Shown here piece after piece: positions 10,979 through 22,400 of a stretch of 64,000 nucleotides of DNA. The notes beneath the pieces are model-generated. The model was not told where the DNA came from. It was given only the letters and a program-made list of their open reading frames with translations, and ran no database searches. Made by a program: the position numbers and the translations under genes. Each line of letters starts with the position of its first letter. The stretch's first letter is position 1. The stretch lies in IMG/VR virus record IMGVR_UViG_3300032294_002797, positions 62,001 through 126,000 of that record. One strand, written 5' to 3'.

Positions 10979-11128
10979 ATGGAAGAAATTTTTACTATAA
11001 TAGGTAAAATGTATGTAGATATTGTTCAGTCTCAAAAAGCTATTACAGAATTACAAAAACAACTAGATGATAAAGATAAAGAGATATCTAGTTTACAAAA
11101 TTCTATTATAGCTAAGCAGACAGAATAA
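10979..11128 (+). CDS. Small 49-aa coiled-coil protein (not in the ORF track)
   Basis: MEEIFTIIGKMYVDIVQSQKAITELQKQLDDKDKEISSLQNSIIAKQTE; AAGGAAGGA RBS; fills the gap; stop 1 nt before the next GTG. Confidence 0.75.
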   Translation: MEEIFTIIGKMYVDIVQSQKAITELQKQLDDKDKEISSLQNSIIAKQTE

Positions 11129-11129
11129 T

Positions 11130-12176
11130 GTGAAAACAATAGAACTAGAAAAATTTGTAAATAGAATTTTATCTGGTAAGCAACTTATAGAACACAAAGA
11201 TGTGTTATACGAGTTGAGGTCTGCTAGTATAGATATAAGACTTCAGGCTAATCTATTATACGACAATACATACGAAGACAATTTATATTCTAGTTCATTT
11301 ATTTTAGAAGATAATATAGAAGACTTATTATTTGAATTAGACATAGTATACCCAGCATATAAAAAAGATATGGAAATGCTGGAGAAAAAAATTGAAAATA
11401 TTAAGGTAGATTTATACTATCATTTTTTTGATAATACTAAGAAAACTAAATATAGAAAAGAATTAGCTTCTACTAGAACCAGATATAATGAGTTATTTAA
11501 TCTATCTCATAGTTTAGATTTTTTAACTTTAGAAAATTATTGCGCTAATATTAAAAACGAATTTATTATTAGTAATACATTATATATTTATCAAACTAAT
11601 AATTTAATATTTTATAACAATAATAATTATCAGCTATTTAATCATTTAATTCATAAGATTAGCTCTAATATTATAGATATATCCACGTTAAAAGCTCTTG
11701 CTCGTAGCGACTATTGGCGTAATTATTATGCTATTAATAAAAATCATTTATTTCCATATAGTATTATAGATTTTAATGAAGAACAAAAGGCTATTCTTAG
11801 TATATCATTAATGTATGATAGAGTATATGAACATCCAGAGTGTCCTGAAAAAGAAATTATAGAGGATGACGATGCTCTTGAGGGATGGATGATTCATAAC
11901 CAAAGAGAAAATAAGAAACAAAAACAGGAAAAGAGTGTAAATAATATATTGGGATCTGATCGCATGAAAAAAGCTAACGAAGTTTTTCTCATGGCTGATT
12001 CAGCAGCTCAAAGAGATGATATTTTAAAATTGAATAGTCCGGAAAATCTCTTGAAAAGACAAAATAAAGTTAGTACGGTATTGAATGCAGGAACTATCAA
12101 AGACGCGGATTTACCGGATGTGAAACAAAACATTAGAGATCAGCTCAAAGAATTAAATTTTAATAGGAAAAAATAA
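11130..12176 (+). CDS. Hypothetical protein, tail assembly chaperone region
   Basis: 348-aa helical ORF (GTG start) between tail tube and TMP. Confidence 0.55.
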   Translation: MKTIELEKFVNRILSGKQLIEHKDVLYELRSASIDIRLQANLLYDNTYEDNLYSSSFILEDNIEDLLFELDIVYPAYKKDMEMLEKKIENIKVDLYYHFFDNTKKTKYRKELASTRTRYNELFNLSHSLDFLTLENYCANIKNEFIISNTLYIYQTNNLIFYNNNNYQLFNHLIHKISSNIIDISTLKALARSDYWRNYYAINKNHLFPYSIIDFNEEQKAILSISLMYDRVYEHPECPEKEIIEDDDALEGWMIHNQRENKKQKQEKSVNNILGSDRMKKANEVFLMADSAAQRDDILKLNSPENLLKRQNKVSTVLNAGTIKDADLPDVKQNIRDQLKELNFNRKK

Positions 12177-12190
12177 TAAGGAATAATACT

Positions 12191-12499
12191 ATGACAGATA
12201 CTGAACGACTGATATTTCATCTTAAAAAAAGAGTAGAAACAACAATGATAGGAGCATTAAGCAAGTTTGAAAATACTTTTGGATTTTTGTGGGGGCAAGA
12301 TATTGAAAATGAAGATAACCTTACCTCGGAACAAATAGAATTTTCTGATATGTGGGAAAGAACTAGAAATCAGATTCTAAACCAAGGAAATGCTCAGATC
12401 AGAAATCTTGAAGATGATTTTTATAAGTATGGTGGATTTTTTAAGCAAAATTTCAATTATTCTTTTAGAGTACCAAAAGATAATACAAAAAATAATTAA
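12191..12499 (+). CDS. Hypothetical 102-aa protein, chaperone region
   Basis: Intact ORF with AAGGA RBS. Confidence 0.65.
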   Translation: MTDTERLIFHLKKRVETTMIGALSKFENTFGFLWGQDIENEDNLTSEQIEFSDMWERTRNQILNQGNAQIRNLEDDFYKYGGFFKQNFNYSFRVPKDNTKNN

Positions 12500-12522
12500 C
12501 ATAGAAGAAAGGACAGTATAAT

Positions 12523-13410
12523 ATGAAAACTGAGGATTTTAAAGTTGTGGTTGGTGAAGAGACGAAAACATTTATGGTGAGGTCGCCCTCTTTAACGGAT
12601 CAAAGAGAAGCTCAGAAAGTATATAATCATGCTTTTACAGACGCTATTAAAAGCAAGAGTGTTGTAAGAGCCAAAATGGATGATCTACTCGAAGAGCAAG
12701 GCTTATGGAACGAAGATAAGCAAAAAGAATACAATGATTTGCAAAAAGAATTATTAGAAGGCGAAAGAAAACTAGCCAAGGGCGGTTTTGCTCTTAGTGA
12801 AGCTAAAAAAATGGCCATTAAGATGAGAGAAGTACGAGGTAAGATTAGAGAATTAATTAGTGTTAGGACTTCCCTAGACAATCATAGTGCCGAAGGTCAA
12901 GCTGATAATGCTAGATTTAATTATTTGGTGAGTGTTTGTGTGGTGTATAAAGATAGTGATAAAAAGTATTTTGAGAGCCTGGAAGACTATATGGGTCGCA
13001 TAGATGATCCCGTAGCTCTTGCGGGAGCACAGAAATTGGCCAATATGATTTACGGTTTGGATAATGATTTTGAGAAGAATTTGCCCGAGAATAAGTTTTT
13101 ACGTAAATATAAATTTGTTAATGACAATTTAAGATTTATAGATAAGCAAGGTAGAACTGTAGATGGCGAAGGAAGATTAGTAGATGAAAATGGTAGGTAC
13201 ATTAATGACAACGGAGAGTTCATTGATAAAGATGGTAATAGAGTAGATGCAGATGGAGAGTACTTAGTTGATAGTCAGCCATTTTTGGATGACAACGGCA
13301 ATCCAGTAATTTTAGATGAGGAAACTAAAAAAAGTTTAGAAACCAAAGAACCTACCAATGAAGCAACTCCTGCAGCATCAGTATCAGAGGGAAATAAATC
13401 AACTACATAA
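12523..13410 (+). CDS. Putative tail assembly chaperone with 7-aa D-x-x-G repeats
   Basis: Directly upstream of the TMP; helical N-terminus; repeats IDKQGRT/VDGEGRL/VDENGRY/INDNGEF/IDKDGNR/VDADGEY. Confidence 0.55.
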   Translation: MKTEDFKVVVGEETKTFMVRSPSLTDQREAQKVYNHAFTDAIKSKSVVRAKMDDLLEEQGLWNEDKQKEYNDLQKELLEGERKLAKGGFALSEAKKMAIKMREVRGKIRELISVRTSLDNHSAEGQADNARFNYLVSVCVVYKDSDKKYFESLEDYMGRIDDPVALAGAQKLANMIYGLDNDFEKNLPENKFLRKYKFVNDNLRFIDKQGRTVDGEGRLVDENGRYINDNGEFIDKDGNRVDADGEYLVDSQPFLDDNGNPVILDEETKKSLETKEPTNEATPAASVSEGNKSTT

Positions 13411-13446
13411 TAGTTTATTGTTTTATTCTAGCTTTGTTTCATTAAC

Positions 13447-13481
13447 CAACGCCATGCTTTTTAGTGTGGCGTTGTTATTTT
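13447..13481 (+). terminator. Intrinsic terminator-like hairpin before the TMP
   Basis: caacgccatgc-ttttta-gtgtggcgttg: 11-bp stem (2 G-U pairs), followed by ttatttt. Confidence 0.6.
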
Positions 13482-13494
13482 ATGGGAGTAATTA

Positions 13495-16400
13495 ATGGCT
13501 AGAGGATTTAATCTTACAGCAGAAATCAATCTCAGAGGTCCGTCTAATATTAGGCAAATAACGTCTAATATTCGTAGACAGCTAGGTAATATCAATGCTA
13601 ATATCAATTTAAATATAGATAGAAATGCATCTAGAACAATTACTCAAGTCAATAATAATCTAAGAGTATTAACACAAACTTTAGGAGCTACGACAACAGC
13701 TGCGACAAATGCTACTACAGCATTTAATAATTTGGCGGCTGCGATGAGAGCGGTTGGAAATGTGAATTTGCCCGCAACCATCAGTACTCCTTTGGTTAGA
13801 ACAGCCGGCGCCGCCAATAACGCCAGCAGAGCCATTGCGCAAGCCAGAACAGAATTTGAGGATTTCGGTCGTCAAGCAGGACTAGCCGTACGACGTTTTG
13901 CTGCGTTCGCTTCTGTAACATCTGTTATTTACGGCGTTACAAACGCTCTGGCCAAAGGTGTTCAACAGTATATAGAATTTGATAGACAAATCGTTAGATT
14001 GTCACAAGTTACTAATGAAAGCAGAGAATCATTATCTGCTATGGTACAAGAGATAACAAAATTAGCTACAAATTTTGGCGTCTCATCATCGGATATTTCT
14101 CAGGTTGCTGTAACATTGGCGCAAGCTGGTTTAACAGCTAAAGATACGAGAATCGCGCTAGAAGCATTAGCTAAAAGTGCTTTGGCCCCATCTTTTGATA
14201 GCTTATCAGATACTGTAGAAGGCAGTATCGCGCTTATGAGACAGTTCGGCATTAGCGCTGGACAGCTAGAAAATGCTTTAGGTAGTGTAAATTCTGTTGC
14301 TGCGGCTTTTGCCGTAGAAGCCGGAGATATTATTACTGCTATACAAAGAACTGGTGGTGTATTTGCTGCTGCTAGTAAAGGTGTCAGTGAAGGCACAGAT
14401 GCGTTAAATGAATTTATTGCAGTATTTACTAGTGTTCGTGCGACTACTCGCGAAAGTGCTGAAACTATCGCCACTGGATTAAGAACTATTTTTACTCGTA
14501 TTCAAAGAGGAGATACAGTAGAAGCCTTAAAAGAATTCGGAGTTACTCTCACAGACTTAGAAGGTAAATTCGTTGGGCCCTACGAAGCTGTGCGCAGACT
14601 CAGCGAAGGATTAAGTAGACTAGATCCCAGAGATTTAAAATTTAGTAGCATAGTAGAAGAACTTGGTGGATTCAGACAAATCGGTAAAGTGCTTCCGTTA
14701 ATCCAACAGTTTTCCACCGCTCAAGAAGCTCTGAAAATTGCACAACAAGGTCAAGGCTCTCTTGCGATAGATGCGGCTAAAGGTCAGATGGCACTGGCGG
14801 TTCAAATACAAAAAGTAAGAGAAGAATTTAGTGCTTTAGTTAGATCTCTAGGAGATAGTAAGGGTTTTCAAACTTTAGTGAGACTTGGTTTGGATTTAGC
14901 CAGCGCACTAATTAAAGTAGCTGATGCAACTAAAGGTGTTTTGCCATTAATAGCTATTATGGGTGCTTTTAGAGGAGCTAGTGCCCTCACTCAATTTGCT
15001 GGTGGTTTTGGTGGAGGTTTTAGGGGTAATCGTCAACGAGCCAGAGACGGAGGTGTTATAGGTTTTGCTAGAGGAGGATTGGTTCCCGGCTCAGGAGATT
15101 CTGATAGCGTCAATGCTAGATTAACTCCTGGTGAGTTTGTAATGAGAAAGAGTGCGGTTAGAAGTATCGGTGCTGACAATTTAAGCAGCATGAATCGTGG
15201 AGGAGGTATAAAAAAATTACGAGAAGGAGGATATACTGTTAGAGAGCTTGCTGATAGTCAGAGAACTATCATAAATAACTATTTATATCCACGTAACAAA
15301 AACTCTAACTTAGAATTAAATGATAAAGTTAATGCTCAAATTATTAGAGTTAAAGAGAAACCGCTCACTGATGCAGAGATACGTGAGATCAAAGGTGCAT
15401 ATCCTACGTTAACTGGAAAATTAAAGACAAAAATAAAAGATCCTAAGAATAGAAAATTATTAGTAGAATCTCAGCGACCAACCTATCAAGGACCTGAATC
15501 AGATTCTATAGATGGTCTAGAGTATTCTCGTGCAGAAAAAGCCTGGGCTACTAAGTATGAGGAAATAATCAGGAAAAGACATAATCTTGAAGCAGCTAAT
15601 AAAGACAATCCCAATTATCCTGTAGACACCGTATCATCTCGTAACGTATGGGGGGAAGTAAAATTTAAAACTACCAAAGAACCAAAACGAGCTTTAATAG
15701 CTAAATTGTTGGCTAAAAAATTATTAGATAGATCAGTTAATAGGTTTTTTAAAGAAAATTCTTCGGACCAAGTTGACGGATCCATAGAAACAGACCCGCT
15801 TGGTCGTAATACTGTCAATCTAGGCAATCTTGAATACTATGGAGGAGATACAGGTCCTGGATTAGAATCTCATAAAAAGCAATTTTATAGGAAATTAAGA
15901 TCTGGAGGTATTGTTCAAAAATTTAAAGAAGGGGGTGAAACCCTTACTCTTGAAAAAGCAAGAGGCATGAGTAGAAAAGATATCCTAGATATTTTATCTG
16001 GCAGAAAAGGTGGCATAAGTACAACAGAAAGAGAAGTTGGAGTTAGTTCAGGTGAGATATACACAATACTAGGACAAAGAAATCCAGATGCAAAAACACA
16101 AGGACTTAAAGAAGCTATTCTTCAAAAAGCTGTTACAGCAAACAATAGGCAATTAGGAGCAGCAAAAGCTCAGATAACTAAATTACAGAATAATAATCTA
16201 GAAGTTGCCGCAGCAGGCTTATTTGGATCGAAATTTGCCGATCAAAATATGGATATCGAATCTCCGTCACTTTCTCAGTCCGCAAAGGTTAGAGTTATTA
16301 GCGGAATAATGGATAGTAAAATAGCTTCTTCTTTTAGCTCTATTGTATCAGAAACAACAGATAAATTAACCACGAGATTAGCAGAGGTAGCCACAACAGG

Positions 16401-19400
16401 CGATATACTAGCAAAACTTGGGCTAGGTAAAGAACTTAATACGGATTTTGACCGAACACTAGTTACTGGAGCCGACAAGATATTATCCGATCCAGGCAAA
16501 CCAGTGTTTTCGGAGTTTAGTGACCCAAATAAAGTATCTGCAGCATTACAGGGAGCAGAATTAACTTATCTTGGATCATCTTTAGTAGAGTTGATAAAAC
16601 AAAGAAAAGATTTATTACAATATATACGAGTGGTGACGGCTAGACCAGAATCGACTTTGGGTCTTATACAAGGATTTTTAGCCAGTAAAGATCTACCCAT
16701 ACCACGATCTCAATTTAAAGGCTTTGGTGGCGAAAATATTAGTGCAGATGAAATTGCCGAATTAAAGGCTGCATTTTTGAATCCAGATTCATTATTTGTT
16801 GATGATGATCCGCGTAATATAGCAGCAGCCAAAAAACGATCTAATGAAGGTATCACTAGTTATTTATACGGAACTGGCAAAAGTTTACCAAATTCGCAAG
16901 CACAGGGAGATATAGAGGGGTTATTACTAGAACAGGTTGTACAAAAACTTGGTGGTCCCGGAGCCCTCAAAGGCATGGGATTTGATTTTCCCAATGGGTT
17001 AGGCGATGCTGCTAAATATTTTGGACTACCTGATGATATACCCACAGATGTTAAGAGAACTATTAGTGGGCCATCCACAATCAAAGATAATATCGTTACA
17101 TATTTAAAGAACGTTATGGGCTATGCTGGTGGTGGGACTGTACCTGCTATGGTTAGTAATGGTGAAGCTTATGTTCCTCCAGCTATGGCTAAAAAAATTG
17201 GTTATGGGAAACTCCATAAAATGAATCAGGCTGATCGAAATGGGATGAATAGTTTTGCGAGTGGAGGGATGAGCATATTTAAAGGATCGGGCACTGGAAC
17301 CAGTGATAGTATTGGTCCTATAGGATTGCCTGTTGGCAGCTTTATCTTAAGAGAAAAAGCCACGAAGGCTTTGGGGTTGAATAGCGGAGGCAGGGTACAG
17401 AAATTCTTATTCGGAGGCAGAAGCAGAGGGCCAGCAGCAAGACCCGATGCTATTTCTGTAGATACAATAGGAGCGAGTAATACTGCTGTCAGATCTCTAG
17501 GAGACCTAGCTACAGTACTTAATGATTTAGGAGTTGCATCCTCTAGATCCTCTCAATTATTGAGTCGTGGATATCAGGCCACGGCAGCAGAAGCACAAAG
17601 AGCATATGAGGCCGATCTAGTTATGGCTCGCGCAGCCGGTGCTAGTGCAGATGTATTATACGATCTAGAACAAGCTTTAATTAGAACCAGACAAGAAGCA
17701 GAAGCAGAAGTAGCAGTAATGCAATCTTTAGCAAACATGAGTGGAGTAGAATTGCAAGATACTCTAAGCGACATGGAAGATGAATTAAGAAGATTGACGG
17801 ACGCCGCTAGGAATGCCGCGGCCGCTGCTGGACTAACCGGAGAGGAACTAGAAACAGAAGTTAGAGCAGGAGCTGGAGATCGTCGAAGACAAGCTTTCGA
17901 AACTGTTGCGGCCTCTGGAACTGGTCCACTTCGTGCCCTTGGTGGAGGAACTGGTTTAGATTTAGCTGCTATTGGCGCTACTGGAGATGATCTGGGTAGG
18001 GTTATTAATAATTTGATGAGAGACGCAGAAACTCTAGAACAGATGAATATGCGATATACTCAAAATCGCAGAGAAGAAGTAGCACAAGCCGCTATGGCTG
18101 CCGGTAATATAGCTAGAGCAGCTAGAATACGAGCTGGTAGTGAAAGAGATGTAGAAGAGACTATACAGAGAGAAATAAGAGCTAGAACAACAGCAGTAGA
18201 ACAAAATGCTAGAAGTACTGGAGCTAGGGGTCCAGATGAAGCTAGAGAATTTAATAGGCAAAATAATATGCTAGCTTCTTTTGCCGTTATGACCGTTGGG
18301 AATATTATTGCTGATACTATCAATGCTAAATCTAGCGCCACGGAAGCTGGTGTTGCTGGAGGTATCAGAGGAGGAACTCAGGCTTTTGCATATGCAAATC
18401 AGATTAGTGGAGAATTAACTAATTTTGCAGATGGTCTTAGTCGTACGGGGAATAGATTTGCTGGCCTAGCCAGTAATATTGCTAGATTTGCTGGAAGAGT
18501 TCAAATTTTTGCTGTGCTAGGAGAAGCAGCTATACAAGCATATAATGGGATTAGACAATTTGGTATAGAATTAGAAAAAAATAGAGTTGAGCAAGCTCTT
18601 AGTGGCCTTACCGAACAATTTGATAAGTTAAATAAAGATCTGAATCAGTTAGATCTTAGAAATGCTATTCAGTCAAATATTATAGATGCTAGCAGATCTT
18701 CGGAAAGACTAAGATCACAAACATTAGATACGGCCTCCGCTGGATGGATCAATGGTATAGATGTTTTCATATCATCTCTACAAAATAGTGAAACCAATAA
18801 TACCAATAGGAGGGCTGCTTTAAGATCACAAGTATTGGAAAAAGAAGGTATTATGGAATATATCAACACTAGTTTTGGAGGTGCTGATACTTATGCTGCC
18901 AAAGCAGCAAAATATAGTGGACAGCAAGCTCTAGAATCTAGTCAATCCTTTAAGCCAGTAGCTGATAATATTAATCAATTAATTTCTGCCCGTATTAGAG
19001 GAGGAGAAAATATTGGAGATATTCTTGGCGGACCGGAATTTAAAGATTTTGCTACATCCTTAGTTTATGCTGATAGTGCTTTAAATAAGCATATTCGTGA
19101 GATAGAATTATCTACTAGATATACAGAAGAAGAGAAAAAAGCTCGTATAGATGAGATTATTAGTATACAAGGAGCTAATAAAATTCGTACGCAGGCCGCA
19201 ATTGCCCAGAGAGAAAAAGATCAAAGAGAATTAGGCACAGTAGCTTCTGTATATACAAGATCATTAAAGAGAATGTTTACTAATATGGAACAGGCTATAA
19301 ATGCTGCTGCATATTCATTAAAACAAATGACGGACAATATAGATTTAAATGTTAGCGCCCTACAAGGACAAGCCAAAGTAGGTTCAGTTGATTTACAAAC

Positions 19401-22400
19401 ATCTAATATTATACAAAATCCACGAGCCTATAATCCCGGAGTAAGATCATCTGCTCAGGCATCTGCCTCTTCGTTATTTGGTACAAGAGCACCAGAAATG
19501 GCGCAGCTTATGAATCTTGGAGAAACAGTAGAAAATACTGTTATGTCTACTATCAATAAAACATTAGAAGACAAAGGTCCAGATGCCTCTAATGAAGCTA
19601 TAGCCAGAGCTGTAGATAAAAGCGTACGAGACGAACTCAGTGGATTAGGATTACCTCCGGAGCTAGCGGATAAATTAGCTAAAGAAGTTGGTGATACATT
19701 AGTAGATTTAAGAAAATCTGGCGACGAAAAAGTTGATTTTGCCAAGCTTTCCGAAAAACTAGGATCGTTGTCTAGCGTTATAGATACAGCAAAAGATGCA
19801 CAGCAAGCAGCTATCAAAGCTTTAGAGAATTATCAGAATGTTTTGAATGCTTATGCTAATAATATTAATCGTATTATTGACCTGGAAACCAGTGCTAGAG
19901 ATAAATTTAATAAATCTGTCAATATCGCTGCTGATGGTAGTACCGCTTTATCTAAAGCTCTTGGCAGAACCATCACTGTCGCAGATGCTTTTGCTAAAAG
20001 AGATGCTTCTATTGCTAGACAAACAGGTGGTCTAACTGATCCAACGGATATCTTTAATAAGATCTTAAGTCTGAATAATAATAGAGATATTTTACAATCA
20101 TCTAGTAGAGAAGCGGCTGATAAAGGTCCTGCTGGTATTCAAGATTTTATCAAATTTAATAGCGAACTTAAGAATACTAATATTGCTTTAAGAGAAAATA
20201 GAGCTGCTTTAGAGGATATGGCTACTAATACAGAAAAAGCAAGCTCAGCTATGGATGCTATACAAGAAGCTCAACAAAAAGCAGCTGGTAGAATTGGCTT
20301 CTTAGAAAAAGTAGTTACCAGTACTCCTGATGAATTAGATTCGTTAAATCAATCTTTGTATAGACTGCAAAGAAATATGAATGGTCAACAAAATACTATT
20401 CAGAATAGCATAGGTGCTCAAAAGGCATATAGGGATGCATTAAATCAGGGAGCTTCTGCTGCTGAAGCTATGAGAGCTGCTCAAACAGCTTTTGCCAACG
20501 AAAGAAAGGAAACCCTAGGTACTCTTCAAGATATTATGCCATTTTTAGGAGACAATCAACAAGCAAATAATATTAAAGCAAATGTTCTAGAGACAATGTT
20601 AGCCGAGTCCGGCATGGGAGTTTCTCCGCTATTCCAACAGATACTCAATACTCTACGAAATCCCGAACAAGATCCCGCCACAGCTGCTGCTATACAATAT
20701 TATAATCAGTCAATAGCGGAACAGTCAACAGCTACTAGATTATTAGGACAATTAGATCAACAACTAGCCAATGATATAGCAGTACAAAATAGTAAACTAA
20801 TAGTAGACGGCTTAACTAAAACAGTATTAACTTTCCAGAATAATGAGCTTAGAGATATAGCAGACAAAGTCAATACAATGGTTTCTATTATGCAGAAAGC
20901 TCCTGGCGCTGGAGGTTTAGCTAGCGGAGGCATGGTTTATGCTGCTGGTGGTCAATTTATCAATTTTCAACCAAAAGGTACAGATACTGTTCCTGCAATG
21001 CTAACACCGGGAGAGTTTGTTGTCAATAGAGCCGCTACTCAAGCGAATCTTCCGTTATTAAAATCTATTAATAATGGATATTCCAGAGGAGGTAAAGTAT
21101 CTTATTATGCTGCTGGTGGTTTTGTTACCAATTGGGGCAGTCAAACTAGTATGGATGAATTTGGCATGATGAGTGATAAAGAGATTATTGATCCTAGTGT
21201 AGAAGCTAATAGAGCCATTTGGAGTGCTGGATACAAGCAGAATATTAGATTATTACCTAGTTATTATACTTTAGATTTTTCTGATGATAATACTACGATC
21301 CCATCACCGGGAGCAGACCCCGATAGTCCTAACTTTAACTTAGATCAAATTAAACCAACAAGTGGTAAAGTTAGAGTTGGCTCAGCAGTTGGTATTTCCA
21401 GGGTTGGAGATGATCAGTATGCATATATAGACAACCAAGGTGCTATCGACGCTAGTAGCGATATGCCTATTATCAAGGCTGCTGAGACAAATTTATATTT
21501 GGGTTTAGACAAGTTCAAATCAACAAATTTTGCTCAGTCCAAGGCTACAGAATACAAAGATCGATTTCGATCATTTGAAGCATTAGACTCTACTCTTCAT
21601 AAATCTATAAGTATGGATCCTATTGCTTTTGCTGATGATCTTCCAAAATTAAGTGATTTTACTTCTAATGCTAATGAATGGAATCCTACACTAGCTGGTA
21701 AATCATACGGTATAGCGTTTGATACTTCTACAGAGATTAGACCAACTGATAAAGATGTGTCTGCTGCGCCTTCTTTTAAAATTTGGTACTATAAAAGATC
21801 CCCATTGAATTATGCGGGCTGGGCTCCAGGACTAGCGATGGGAGTTTCTGTAAAGCAGCCAAATTTCGATATTGGCACTCCATATTCCTCAAATGATGGA
21901 TTCGATAGCAAAAGCTGGGTCGTTTTCGGATCTGGTAAGTATAAATCCGCTATGTATCCTGACTTAGAAAAAATGAATGGTGTTATTACCGGCAAAGGAA
22001 TAAAAGACGCTAATACTATTAGTTCAGAGAACTATGAGCTATATAAAAATACAGTAGATTTTTTAAGTGGAGCTTCCACATATAAGGATACCGGCGGCCT
22101 TGGTGCAGCTTTACAACAAAAATTATCTAGTTTATATAATGGTCTAGCACAATTTATAACTCTTGATCAAAATGAAATAGCCCCCTTAGATGAGCTAGTC
22201 AAATTGAATGCTACTAGCGCAATTATTGCACAACAATCTTTAGAGCAACAATTTAAAGATGGCCTTCAGTTTATAGATACTAATGCTGCTAAATATAATA
22301 AAGTAAAAATAGGATTGACTGGTGCCAAACCCGCCATCAAAAATCCAGATTTCTTAGCCTCTAAGCCTTTTGATATAGAAAATACAGCAACAAAAATATC

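Noticed and set aside
13327-13334. A7G run as a tail-chaperone -1 frameshift site
   Set aside because: The A_AAA_AAG heptamer is out of phase (frame reads ACT AAA AAA AGT), and only ~85 nt remain between the ORF stop and the TMP
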